The notes under the pieces: model-generated
What the model was told of the DNA's origin: nothing
Databases searched by the model: none
What the model saw: the letters and a program-made list of their open reading frames with translations, nothing else
Made by a program: the position numbers and the translations under genes
From: Bacilli bacterium
Lineage (GTDB): Bacteria > Bacillota_I > Bacilli_A > RFN20 > CAG-826
Assembly: GCA_017454295.1 (NCBI GenBank)
Contig: JAFTDF010000004.1
Span: 52,904 to 116,903, forward strand
DNA: 64,000 nucleotides
Reading direction: 5' to 3'
Shown: positions 55,701 to 64,000 of the stretch, one piece after another
Layout: every line of letters begins with the position of its first letter
Position numbering within the stretch: the first letter of the stretch is position 1

Positions 55701-56238
55701 CACCAACAACCTAGATTCGGGAGCGGCCAAACAAACCATGCACGGAGAAGACCTCATCCGCGGCTGGTCCACCGGCGGCACCTATGCCAACCCCACCTGG
55801 ACCATCACCATCGGGATGGAAGGGCTCACCCACATCTCCTTATTCGAAGACCTGACTTTGACCATCGCCGGCAAGACCGTCACCTATAGCGAAGGCGGAA
55901 AAGCCTACACCAAGAAATCGTTATACTCCGCAAACGGCGGTTTGGCTCTCAAGATCGTCGGTATCTCCGCCGCCTCGGCCACTTTGGATTTCAGGGTCGC
56001 TAACATCACCGCTTCTGGCAACTACGAAAACGCTTGGAGCAATAGCAACCACAAAGTCGGCCTTTATGGCATCTCCACATCCAGCCACAAGGTCTTTTTG
56101 AGCACCTATACCGACTATAGCATCTCCACCACGATGGTTACCCCCGCTTCCGCTTTTAGCGGAGCCAACGGAAAATCCACCGCCAATGCGAATTATCGCA
56201 ATGCCTCTTATTACGTTACGCCAACCCAAAAAGCCTAA
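52717..56238 (+). CDS. large (1,173 aa) lipoprotein, paralogue of 48178-51870
   Basis: Signal peptide plus lipobox MHHRLRQITVSLLSLVGLVF-SGC. The ORF-track start at 52255 overlaps the XRE gene and precedes the terminator and promoter. It shares sequence islands with the 1,230-aa protein. Confidence 0.8.
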   Translation: MHHRLRQITVSLLSLVGLVFSGCATVASPLPEIKAEQTYVRNDTPIRAQVSNLIEDGLALDLDSFQINIPSKQGADNLIDLSHSQAHFRLDAPSLHGIVLSLAASGTYNGAADPLHFNLDLPGDDTIYLALGLPQRQGKQRGFRFKSDLAIVDAPEGMDEGTRGITYFEYGALDHFLYSSLEALGISFSLSTSEGGIAFDGAAIKDSLAQMEAVGSDRFIWNLPLGEATLPLGLVASSGTLRRIEFPADGGTYTFENGIECSFSATIRPDENHVFSAPNEAESYVEISDSLELVKGIGRYVKSKSFGFDGEFTIAHAEGSITGDDTHFAREGFSEEATLSFTGDADFSVSPYQDAAFSLSLSQGSDSENLALHLREEEGETRAYLNLNDILKAKTNVSTVSSFATSLKNALGDETIRNETIMALLSGLLSTADSIQQALDAIQGTGLYSSIKDGHYEESLEIIKEISHDQNSIRVQIDLAPIAMSGNVTITLSSAADSLLSIALDQVGIATSEEPTLNLAITGTLAIRDFLAPALETDQYVEMEHLPAWEEELSAIAETDQLTADIEGYVLQLGTTAVANQTVHGFSGNRLAREQGFLFSGNLGFDLAEKKGTGKATFTDRKENFLNDHNLKLDVTGPEIEDTVLSDEAKRNNDYTGNDTPNGGMMLFEYDSKNSATTKSAYSKATEPKHDSLKGRFSVHSLDTILGIVTDLMSSDDVRFDRLTSLFSDLTTKSTIGALLGGKYLQVLASGILSSVSIDNLQNIDTFVLKPGLIKEGYPLTLRITYEDDAILESGVHQGKPKILEVLSRPENSAEGTEIYAKITLTGTNLESADFNWGASPNLNDFRSYSSLAHLLDYLLGTITLGSTDTNPLTTYHLSGRIPLKILTKTYNIELEIFIYLHGTNVKIIGSVHTPEIKPIGLVSVTNADTYVNLFYESNGEDKEGDLFLTRRHVEDHDLSNDKKTEEFRRVRGKDFSANLLDWLLGFILNVGSVVTNNLDSGAAKQTMHGEDLIRGWSTGGTYANPTWTITIGMEGLTHISLFEDLTLTIAGKTVTYSEGGKAYTKKSLYSANGGLALKIVGISAASATLDFRVANITASGNYENAWSNSNHKVGLYGISTSSHKVFLSTYTDYSISTTMVTPASAFSGANGKSTANANYRNASYYVTPTQKA

Positions 56239-56666
56239 TCCATTTGGCCAATGCTACGCAGGAATCGTTCTAGGATAATCACCGCCGCCGCGGAATCGAT
56301 ATTTTTCCGTTGGGCTTTGGCGTTCTTGCCGTTTTGATGGAGCATCTCCGCCGCTTCCACGGTTGAATTGCGTTCGTCTTGCTGCATGACGGGGATGGCA
56401 GGGAAGGCCTCGTGAAGCATGTCGATAAAAGCGATGACGATGGGCGTCATTTCGCAAGGATCACCGCTAGGGAACAAAGGAAGCCCGATTACGAATAAGG
56501 AAACATCTTCGGTAAGCAAGACTTCCCGGATGCCTTCAATGGCTTTTTCATAATGGGTGGCGGCAAAACGGAGATTCTGCAAAGGCGTCACGAACATGCC
56601 GCTGCGGGAGATGGCCATGCCAAGGCTCCCTTTTCCTAAGTCTAAAGCGAGGATGTTTTTTATCAT
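56235..56666 (-). CDS. ruvX: YqgF/RuvX-family putative pre-16S rRNA nuclease / Holliday junction resolvase-like protein
   Basis: N-terminus ILALDLGKGSLGMAIS and the DERNST motif. Length is 143 aa. Confidence 0.85.
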   Translation of the reverse strand: MIKNILALDLGKGSLGMAISRSGMFVTPLQNLRFAATHYEKAIEGIREVLLTEDVSLFVIGLPLFPSGDPCEMTPIVIAFIDMLHEAFPAIPVMQQDERNSTVEAAEMLHQNGKNAKAQRKNIDSAAAVIILERFLRSIGQMD

Positions 56667-56672
56667 GGCAAG

Positions 56673-56678
56673 AGTATA
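56673..56678 (-). promoter_or_regulatory. -10 box (TATACT) 6 nt upstream of the ruvX ATG; leaderless candidate
   Basis: The minus strand reads TTTTATACT-CTTGCC-ATG(56666). Confidence 0.5.
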
Positions 56679-56721
56679 AAAGGTTTTCCCGACTTTGTCT
56701 TTTTCAATTAGGATATAGGGG

Positions 56722-57879
56722 ATGAAAAAAGCATTGGCACTTTGTGGTGGCGGCTCCTTAGGGGCCTATGAGATGGGCGTATGGAAATACTTCCGCGAGC
56801 ACGGTTTTGATTTTGATATCATCACCGGTACCTCCATCGGGGCCATCAATGGGGCGATGATCGCCGCGGACCGTTTTGACGAAGCCATGGATTTATGGGA
56901 CACCATCCGCGTCTCGGACATCATGACCAACGGCATCGATTTCGACCGTAATTTTTTAAAGAATATCGATGTCACGCGCGACTCAAATTGGTCGAAATTC
57001 ATTTCCGGATTCCGGCAAAACAAAGGCGCCGATACCGCGCCCCTAATGAAGATGCTGGAAGAACGGATTTTGCCCTTGCGCGTCAATCACAGCAAAAAGC
57101 AATTCGGCGTCGTCGTTTGCCGTTTTCCCTCTTTTAAAGAGGAAGATATCCTCATCAACGACCTTCGCGATGACCAAGTCCTCGATTACATCATGGCCAG
57201 CGCCTCCTGCTGGCCCGTTTTCCCGGTCTATGAAATCCGGGGCGTCGAATATGTCGACGGTGGCTGGCGGAATAACTTGCCAATCGATTTTGCCTTGCGT
57301 CTTGGGGCCGATGAGGTCGTGGCGGTCTTGTTGAACTCTTTGCCCCATGCCCAGCGGCGCGAATTGTTCGACCTCCCCAACGTCACCTTGATTCAGCCAA
57401 GTCTCTCCCAAGGCAGCTTTCTCGCCTTTACCCATAGCGCCATCGAAAGCAACATTCAACTCGGTTATTTGGACGCGGGCAAAACCTTTGGCACCTATAG
57501 CGGGAACCGTGTCACCTTGGAACGGACTTCGGGTTTAAAGACCTATGCCCAACGTTATTACCGCCTCTTCATGGAAGAAGATCCCAACGATTATTTAGCC
57601 CTCGCCAAATACCAGGCGAAACGAAAACTCCTCAAGATTCAAGACCCCATCGAAGCGTGCTTTATCTATTCTTTAGAACGGATGATGGATCTCTTCGATT
57701 TGGATTTCCGGCGTCTGCATAAGGTGGAAGATTTGATGATCGACATCAAACGGAAGATCAACGAAGAGCCTACCTTGACCAAGGAACGGCAACGCTTCAT
57801 GAAGATCACCTCCAAAGACAGCATCCCCCTGACCATCGCCAATAAAGAATTGTTCTATTTTGGTCTTCTCATAAAGTAA
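56722..57879 (+). CDS. patatin-like phospholipase
   Basis: Contains oxyanion GGGSLGAYEMG, nucleophile GTSIGA (GxSxG) and catalytic Asp YVDGGW. Confidence 0.88.
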   Translation: MKKALALCGGGSLGAYEMGVWKYFREHGFDFDIITGTSIGAINGAMIAADRFDEAMDLWDTIRVSDIMTNGIDFDRNFLKNIDVTRDSNWSKFISGFRQNKGADTAPLMKMLEERILPLRVNHSKKQFGVVVCRFPSFKEEDILINDLRDDQVLDYIMASASCWPVFPVYEIRGVEYVDGGWRNNLPIDFALRLGADEVVAVLLNSLPHAQRRELFDLPNVTLIQPSLSQGSFLAFTHSAIESNIQLGYLDAGKTFGTYSGNRVTLERTSGLKTYAQRYYRLFMEEDPNDYLALAKYQAKRKLLKIQDPIEACFIYSLERMMDLFDLDFRRLHKVEDLMIDIKRKINEEPTLTKERQRFMKITSKDSIPLTIANKELFYFGLLIK

Positions 57880-57936
57880 ATCGATACCAAAAACTTTGTT
57901 TTCGGTATATCCTTTTCCGCGAAAAGAGGAACCACC

Positions 57937-59709
57937 ATGGAACAAACATCCTGGGACCTAAGTCCCTTATACCCCTCGGTCGAAGCGGCCGAAGAAGGCC
58001 TGCTTGCCTTTAAGGAATATATCGATAAGACCGCTGCCTACCAAGGCAAGCTTCAAGACGAAACCGCGTTAGCGGAATATCTGCGTTTGGATAAAGAGGC
58101 CACCCTTTTGCTCGTCCGCCTTTATTACTACGCGGAGATGAAAAGCGACCTCAATAAGAAAGACGTCGCCAACGCAGAGTTGCTTTCCAAAGTCGAGCTT
58201 GCTTCTAACGCCTATAGCTCCGCCAATAGTTTCTTCCAGCCCGAAATCATCGCGTTCGGGGAAGAAAAAACTACGGCTTTTTTGAAGAAATATCCGGAAT
58301 TTGCGGAATTATCTTTTGCATTCCGCAAGATTTTCAATCAGCAGAAATACGTTCTTCCCGCCGAAAAAGAAGGACTGGTTTCCCATTATTCGCCCTTGCT
58401 TGGAGAGGGTGGAACTTTATACTCCCAACTCACCGTCGCCGACGGCTCGGCCAAGGAAGCCACCCTTACCGATGGCAGCAAAGTCATGGTGTCCCAAGCC
58501 AATTGGACGATGCTCGTCGAGGAAGCTAGCTGCGAAGAAGACCGACGCATCATCTTCGAGACGCTTTACTCCTATTACGATGCCCACAAATCCACTTATG
58601 GGGAAATCTACAACCTTACCTTGCAAGCTCAACTCGCGACGATGAAGGCCCGTGGCTATGGTTCGATTTTAGAAGTCCATCTTAATCACAACAATATCCC
58701 CGTCTCGGTCTTCCACAACCTCATCGAAGTCGCTTCGGAAGGAGCGGAACCCCTGAAGAAGTATTATCGGATCCGCGCCAAAGCCCTGGGGCTGGAGAAG
58801 CACCGTTCCTACGACCGCTTCTTGCAATTGGCCAAGTCGGATAAGAAGTTCGACTATGAACAAGCAAAGGAACTCTTCTTTAACTCCATTCGCCGCTTTC
58901 CAAAAACCTTCCAGGAAAAAGCCCATGAAGTCCTGCGCGAAGGCTATGTCGATGTTTATCCGGCGGAAGGCAAGCGTTCCGGCGCCTATTCCAATGGCGG
59001 TTATGACCTCCACCCCTACATACTGCTCAACTTCGTCGGCAAACTCGATGATGTCTTCACCCTTGCCCACGAAGCCGGCCACTCCATCCATACCCTCTTT
59101 GCCGAAGAGGCCCAGCCGACCTTAGCCCAAGACTACACCATCTTTGTCGCCGAAATTGCTTCTACCTTCAACGAGCACAATCTTCTTGATTATTTATTAA
59201 AGGAAGGGGATCTCGATCGGAACGATAAGGTTTTCCTCCTCCAAAAAGCCATCGATGAAATCGTGGGGACCTTCTATCGGCAAACCCTCTTTGCCCATTA
59301 TGAATACCTGATGGCGGAGAAAGCGGAAAAAGGCGAACCCATCAACTATCAAGTCGCCTCTTCCGTCATGGAAGATCTCTATCGTACCTATTACGGGATC
59401 GAAATCGCTGAAGAAAAGGTGAAACCGCTGGTTTGGGCTTATATCCCCCACCTCTTCTACACGCCTTTCTATGTGTATCAATACGCCACCTCCTTCACCT
59501 CGTCGATGCTCATCTATGAACGCGTTAACGCTGGCGAAGAAGGCGCCTTCGAAAACTATCTGAATCTCTTACGTTCCGGAGGCAGCGATTACCCGGTCGA
59601 CCAAGTCAAAGCCGCGGGCGTCGGCCTCACTACGAAAGAACCCTTCCTCGCCGTGGTTCGCCGCATGCAATCGTTGGTGGATCAGCTCGAAGCCTTACTA
59701 AACGAATAA
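57937..59709 (+). CDS. pepF: oligoendopeptidase F (M3B)
   Basis: Zinc motif HEAGHSIH, 590 aa, with an AGAGGA SD. Confidence 0.9.
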   Translation: MEQTSWDLSPLYPSVEAAEEGLLAFKEYIDKTAAYQGKLQDETALAEYLRLDKEATLLLVRLYYYAEMKSDLNKKDVANAELLSKVELASNAYSSANSFFQPEIIAFGEEKTTAFLKKYPEFAELSFAFRKIFNQQKYVLPAEKEGLVSHYSPLLGEGGTLYSQLTVADGSAKEATLTDGSKVMVSQANWTMLVEEASCEEDRRIIFETLYSYYDAHKSTYGEIYNLTLQAQLATMKARGYGSILEVHLNHNNIPVSVFHNLIEVASEGAEPLKKYYRIRAKALGLEKHRSYDRFLQLAKSDKKFDYEQAKELFFNSIRRFPKTFQEKAHEVLREGYVDVYPAEGKRSGAYSNGGYDLHPYILLNFVGKLDDVFTLAHEAGHSIHTLFAEEAQPTLAQDYTIFVAEIASTFNEHNLLDYLLKEGDLDRNDKVFLLQKAIDEIVGTFYRQTLFAHYEYLMAEKAEKGEPINYQVASSVMEDLYRTYYGIEIAEEKVKPLVWAYIPHLFYTPFYVYQYATSFTSSMLIYERVNAGEEGAFENYLNLLRSGGSDYPVDQVKAAGVGLTTKEPFLAVVRRMQSLVDQLEALLNE

Positions 59710-59712
59710 AAG

Positions 59713-59737
59713 AAAAGCAAGCCACGTGCTTGCTTTT
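59713..59737. terminator. bidirectional intrinsic terminator
   Basis: 10-bp stem AAAAGCAAGC/GCTTGCTTTT with a 5-nt loop, between convergent genes. Confidence 0.75.
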
Positions 59738-59748
59738 TCTTACTGGGA

Positions 59749-60837
59749 TTAAATGTCGTCTGGCGTCCAATGCTTGTTTTTTGGATCCCGTTTTTTCGGG
59801 GCCGGTTGATGATCTAGGGGCGCCACATAGGGCCGCGGCCGCACCTTGGTTTGGACGGGTTTCTTCTTCGGCGGCTTGATATGTTCGGGAAGATGGATAT
59901 AAGCGCCGTGGGTAATCGATTGCTCAAGCTTTTGGGTATCGTGGAAGATCTTCCGGATTTCGGCATTGCGGCCTTCGGCACGATAACGGTCAAGCATCTC
60001 CGATTTGATGTGGTCTTCGTTCTTGCCATTGATATAGCGGAGGAACTCATAGGCATCATCGGGAATGGGATCGTTGGAATTGCCGTTTAGCGAAGCGAAA
60101 TGCAAGTCGAACATCATCGATTCCCATTTGCCGCGTTTGTAGTCGTTATAGAACCGCTTCTTGTAAGCGATCTTCTCATCCAGGCTGTTATAGGCCTTTA
60201 AGCGTGCTTTACGATGGGCATAGATGTCTTCGTATTTGGCGGGATAGTTCAGGTTATAGAAGATGGCGAAGAAGCAAACTAGCAGTAATAAAGCGCTGTA
60301 GGCAGGGGCAACATAACCGGTGATATCCGAGATCAATTTCAAAATCTCGGCAGGGATGCTGCGGGTGATGATTTGACTGACCGAAGGCACCCATTCATTG
60401 AGATAAAGGAAGGTCAAGGCAATGGGATAAACGATGTGGATGATGATGGCGGGGATGTAAAAGAAGAAATAAGCGTGGCGATACGTGGCCATTTTGTGGC
60501 ACAACACCAGCGGGAAGAATCCCACCACCCATAACGTGATCGGAAGGATGAAGAACTTCAGGAAGTCGAACATCAAATACGTCTTCCCGGCAAAGGCAAC
60601 CGCATACTGGTTGATCGCCGTGACCAAAGAGAAGTTCGGGATCAACGGGCAGATGAAGGCGAAGACCAAAGCCGCCATCGGGAAAAAGAAAATCCAGCCC
60701 ATGTTCCGAATCCAAATCCGGGGACGGGTGCGTTGCGAACGCTGAAGAATCTCAATGGTTACCACGCTTCTAATTATAGAAGCACATCTTGCTTCCATAA
60801 ACAAAAATCGCCACAAGGCTAAAAATGGGGAAATCAA
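59749..60837 (-). CDS. polytopic membrane protein with basic Pro/Lys-rich C-terminal tail, unknown function
   Basis: Several TM helices, and a tail reading KPPKKKPVQTKVRPRPYVAPLDHQPAPKKRDPKNKHW. The start is uncertain (TTG 60837, ATG 60798 or ATG 60702). Confidence 0.55.
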   Translation of the reverse strand: MISPFLALWRFLFMEARCASIIRSVVTIEILQRSQRTRPRIWIRNMGWIFFFPMAALVFAFICPLIPNFSLVTAINQYAVAFAGKTYLMFDFLKFFILPITLWVVGFFPLVLCHKMATYRHAYFFFYIPAIIIHIVYPIALTFLYLNEWVPSVSQIITRSIPAEILKLISDITGYVAPAYSALLLLVCFFAIFYNLNYPAKYEDIYAHRKARLKAYNSLDEKIAYKKRFYNDYKRGKWESMMFDLHFASLNGNSNDPIPDDAYEFLRYINGKNEDHIKSEMLDRYRAEGRNAEIRKIFHDTQKLEQSITHGAYIHLPEHIKPPKKKPVQTKVRPRPYVAPLDHQPAPKKRDPKNKHWTPDDI

Positions 60838-60894
60838 GTCTTTTCTTTCTCCCTATAAAGAGGAAAATAAGCCCGTTGAAAGGTGGTGATCGCC

Positions 60895-62382
60895 ATGGCG
60901 AAAATCGGTTTTGATAATGAAAAGTACTTGAAGATCCAATCGGAGCACATCACCAAGCGGATCGAACAATTCGGAGGTACTTTGTATTTGGAATTCGGGG
61001 GCAAGCTCTTCGATGACCTCCACGCTTCCCGTGTATTGCCTGGTTTCAAAGCCGACTCCAAGCTTCAGCTGTTACTGAAGATGAAAGAAGAGGCCGAAAT
61101 CGTCATTGTCATCAATTCCGATTCCATCGACGAAAGCAAAATTCGTCAGGATCTTGGCATCACCTATGACCAAGACGTGCTCCGTCTCATCGACGCCTTC
61201 CGTGAAGCCGGCCTCTATGTTGGTTCCGTTTGCCTCACCCACTTCGATGGGCAAAAAGGCGCCAAACAATTCGAAAAGCAGCTCAATAAGCAAGGCATCA
61301 AAACCTATCACCACTACAAGATTCCCAACTATCCCTATGACGTCGATCGTATCGTTTCCGAAGATGGCTTAGGGAAAAACGATTACATCGAAACCAGCCA
61401 TCGCCTCGTCGTCGTCACCGCCCCCGGTCCGGGCGCAGGCAAAATGGCCACCTGCATCTCCCAGCTCTACCACGACAATAAACGGGGTAAGAAATCCGGC
61501 TATGCCAAATTCGAAACCTTCCCCATTTGGAACCTACCTTTAAAACATCCCATCAACTTGGCCTATGAAGCCGCGACCGCCGACCTCAACGACGTCAACA
61601 TGATCGATCCCTACCACCTCGATGCCTATGGCATTTCCACCGTCAATTACAACCGCGACGTGGAAATCTTCCCCGTCTTGAACCGGATGTTTGAGCGCAT
61701 CTATGGCACCTCCCCTTATAAGTCCCCCACCGATATGGGCGTGAATATGGCCGGATATTGCATTATCGACGACCAAGTCTGCCAAGAAGCCTCCCGTCAG
61801 GAAATCATCCGCCGCTATTTGAAGGCGCTTTGCTTACGTCGTGATGAACCCATTGCCGAACAAACCATCTCCAAGATCGATGCCATCATGAAAAACAATG
61901 GCATTTCGGTCTCCGAACGCCATTGCGTCCAATATGCCCGTAACAAAGCCGCCAAAACCGGCGGTCCCGCCGCGGCTATCGAGTTGGATGATGGCACGAT
62001 CATCACCGGCAAAGCCACTCCGCTATTGAAGTGCACATCCGCCTTAATTTTGAATACCTTGAAATATTTGGCGGATATCCAAGATAAGGTGTTACTGCTC
62101 CCCAAAGCCATCTTAGAGCCGGTCTGCTTGTTGAAGACCCGTGACTTTGGCAACCACAATCCGCGCCTCCACCTCGACGAAGTCTTGGTCGCCCTTTCCA
62201 TCTCGGCCATCACCAATCCGTTAGCCGAACTCGCCATCGCCCAACTTCCCAAACTGCGGGGCGCCCAAGTCCATACCACCGTCATCTTGTCGCAGTTTGA
62301 ACAAGGCATCCTCCGGAAGCTTGGCATTCAGCACACCAGCGATCCGGTTTACGAAACCAAGAAGCTTTACCATTCCAAATAG
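60895..62382 (+). CDS. DUF1846 (UPF0371) family protein
   Basis: Typical N-terminus KIGFDNEKYLKIQSEHI with about 495 aa. An AGGTGG SD precedes the ATG at 60895. Confidence 0.75.
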   Translation: MAKIGFDNEKYLKIQSEHITKRIEQFGGTLYLEFGGKLFDDLHASRVLPGFKADSKLQLLLKMKEEAEIVIVINSDSIDESKIRQDLGITYDQDVLRLIDAFREAGLYVGSVCLTHFDGQKGAKQFEKQLNKQGIKTYHHYKIPNYPYDVDRIVSEDGLGKNDYIETSHRLVVVTAPGPGAGKMATCISQLYHDNKRGKKSGYAKFETFPIWNLPLKHPINLAYEAATADLNDVNMIDPYHLDAYGISTVNYNRDVEIFPVLNRMFERIYGTSPYKSPTDMGVNMAGYCIIDDQVCQEASRQEIIRRYLKALCLRRDEPIAEQTISKIDAIMKNNGISVSERHCVQYARNKAAKTGGPAAAIELDDGTIITGKATPLLKCTSALILNTLKYLADIQDKVLLLPKAILEPVCLLKTRDFGNHNPRLHLDEVLVALSISAITNPLAELAIAQLPKLRGAQVHTTVILSQFEQGILRKLGIQHTSDPVYETKKLYHSK

Positions 62383-62421
62383 GAATGACTCCCGTTACAA
62401 TACCGCAGAAAGGATTCTTTT

Positions 62422-62970
62422 ATGTCGAAACGAGTATTAATCGCTTACTTCTCCCATGGCGGAGAAAACCTCATCGATGATCAAATCGTCGATCTTCAAG
62501 GAAAGGGCATCACCAAAACCGTCGCCACCACCTTGCAGGGGAAATTGGAAGAAAAAAGTATCAAGGCCAATTTGTTCCAAATCGAGCCCCTCATCCCTTA
62601 TCCCACCGCTTACGACCAAACCTTGGCCCGCAGCAAAGACGAATACGAAAGCGGCGCCGCTCCCTTGATCAACGATGGTCCCAACGGCTTTGAGGCCTAT
62701 GACGTGGTGTTCCTTGGCTACCCCAACTGGTGGGGCACCATTCCCGCGCCGATTCTCTCCTTTTTGCGTGACCACGATATGCAAGGCAAGACCATCGTCC
62801 CCTTCGTGACCCATGGTGGGCAGATCTTCCTTTATTCTTTGGAAACGATCCAAAAGGAAGCCCCCAACGCCGCATTCGCCAAAGGCTTCGCCGTGGCCGC
62901 CCCTTATGTAAGCGCCGCCCCTGCCGTCATCGACGAATGGCTTGGTCAAAACGAAAGCCTCTTGCAATAA
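62422..62970 (+). CDS. flavodoxin-family protein
   Basis: N-terminus RVLIAYFSHGGEN, and the YPNWWGT motif typical of flavodoxin_4-type proteins. Confidence 0.75.
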   Translation: MSKRVLIAYFSHGGENLIDDQIVDLQGKGITKTVATTLQGKLEEKSIKANLFQIEPLIPYPTAYDQTLARSKDEYESGAAPLINDGPNGFEAYDVVFLGYPNWWGTIPAPILSFLRDHDMQGKTIVPFVTHGGQIFLYSLETIQKEAPNAAFAKGFAVAAPYVSAAPAVIDEWLGQNESLLQ

Positions 62971-62990
62971 AGCCTGCAAATTATGAAGAA

Positions 62991-63010
62991 AAAGCCGCAA
63001 TCGCGGCTTT
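62991..63010. terminator. bidirectional intrinsic terminator
   Basis: 8-bp stem AAAGCCGC/GCGGCTTT with a 4-nt loop, an A-run before and a T-run after. It ends at the clpB stop. Confidence 0.75.
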
Positions 63011-63012
63011 TC

Positions 63013-64000
63013 TTATGCAAGTTTTGCTTTTTGGATTTGGAATCCGGATCCTGGCGAATACGTCATTTGATACTTCGATTCCGTATCGATCTCGCCTTTG
63101 ACGATGGCACTGGCAATCAGGGTTTCGATCTCATCTTGGATGAAGTGCTTTAAAGGCCTTGCCCCAAAGGTTTCCGAATAGGCTTGATCCAAGACGGCAT
63201 CCACCACCGACTCCTGGAATTCAATTCCGTAATAGAGTTCTTTTAACCGTTCCGAGAGTTCGCGGAGAAGTTTTCTCACAATTGCCTTCTGGACCCCTTT
63301 ATTCAAGGGTTCGAAGTAGACGATCTCATCGATACGGTTGAGGAATTCCGGTTTGAATTTGACATGGAGTAAAGCTTCGGCTCCGGCTTGGTTCCCATGG
63401 AGCAATTCCTCGCTGCCGAGGTTGCTGGTCATGATGATGACGGTGTTGCGGAAGTCCACTTTATGTCCTTGCGAATCCGTCAGATGGCCTTCGTCTAATA
63501 CTTGAAGTAACAGGTTGAAGACCTCGGGATCGGCCTTTTCGATTTCGTCGAAGAGAACGATCGAATAAGGGTTGCGGCGCACCCGCTCGGTAAGCTGTCC
63601 GCCTTCTTCGTAACCAACGTAGCCCGGCGCCGCCCCAATCAAACGGGAGACGCTGTATTTTTCCATATATTCCGACATATCGATGCGGATGATGTTGTTC
63701 TCGTTGTCGAAGAGGGCTTCGGCTAACGCTTTGGAAACTTCGGTTTTGCCAACCCCGGTCGGACCAAGGAAGAGGAAGGAGCCAATCGGGCGGTTGGGGT
63801 TTTTGATACCAGCGCGCTGACGCAAGATGGCATTACTAACCAGGGCAATTGCCTTGTCTTGACCAATGACTCGTTGGGAGAGGGTGTTTTGCAAGTCGAG
63901 GACTTTCTCCCGATCCCCTTTGGAAATCTTGGCAACGGGGATGCCCGTCATACGTGACACGACTTTGGCGATTTCTTCTTCGTCCACCACTTCGTTGACG
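63013..64000 (-). CDS. clpB: Clp/Hsp100 AAA+ chaperone, C-terminal D2 domain (partial, continues beyond the window)
   Basis: Contains RVIGQDKAI, Walker A FLFLGPTGVGKTE, GYVGYEEGGQLTE, Walker B VLFDEIEKA and the sensor motif GARPLK. Confidence 0.8.
   Translation of the reverse strand, partial: VNEVVDEEEIAKVVSRMTGIPVAKISKGDREKVLDLQNTLSQRVIGQDKAIALVSNAILRQRAGIKNPNRPIGSFLFLGPTGVGKTEVSKALAEALFDNENNIIRIDMSEYMEKYSVSRLIGAAPGYVGYEEGGQLTERVRRNPYSIVLFDEIEKADPEVFNLLLQVLDEGHLTDSQGHKVDFRNTVIIMTSNLGSEELLHGNQAGAEALLHVKFKPEFLNRIDEIVYFEPLNKGVQKAIVRKLLRELSERLKELYYGIEFQESVVDAVLDQAYSETFGARPLKHFIQDEIETLIASAIVKGEIDTESKYQMTYSPGSGFQIQKAKLA

Noticed and set aside
48178-56238. Calling the two ~1,200-aa paralogues AsmA/TamB-like bridge lipid-transfer proteins.
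   Set aside because: Only generic features support it: an N-terminal anchor, large size and beta-rich alternating sequence. I saw no diagnostic motif, and no outer membrane is indicated. It is left as a structure-prediction test, not a call.

Overview
Compact, almost fully coding chromosomal segment of a Firmicutes/Mollicutes-type bacterium. I see no rRNA, CRISPR array, transposase, integrase or prophage signature. TGA is used as a stop codon (for example rqcH and the kinase), so this is the standard code, not code 4. The left third mirrors the Bacillus 'ylo' cluster: rqcH <> gmk-priA-...-rsmB-like-rlmN-prpC-prkC-rpe. A complete F1Fo ATP synthase operon (atpIBEFHAGDC) follows. Housekeeping genes include glpK, an M24B peptidase, yigZ, trxA, rdgB, ruvX, pepF, a partial clpB and a tRNA-Asp/tRNA-Gly pair. 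Several features suggest a wall-less or Acholeplasma-like lifestyle, but this is inference only. They are a PrkC with no TM/PASTA part, a lipobox on AtpF, several lipoproteins, no LPXTG motifs and very large surface proteins. Main hunt results follow. (1) Locus 47.2-56.2 kb encodes two deeply diverged ~1,200-aa paralogous envelope proteins (one TM-anchored, one lipoprotein). It also holds a 311-aa anchored partner and a leaderless XRE regulator with four TM helices. Both paralog units share an unusual promoter motif. (2) A 2,445-aa acidic membrane-anchored orphan protein is translationally coupled to yigZ and the peptidase gene. (3) A MacB/LolCDE-like ABC system has two FtsX permeases. One permease is cut by an in-frame TAA just before its last TM helix, which is encoded by a hidden 43-codon ORF. 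(4) A recurrent leaderless layout places a -10 box 6-7 nt before the start codon at 12 or more genes. (5) The ATP synthase c subunit carries a full two-carboxylate Na+-binding signature. (6) The RsmB homologue has lost both catalytic cysteines. All family calls rest on motif recognition by eye; no database search was possible.
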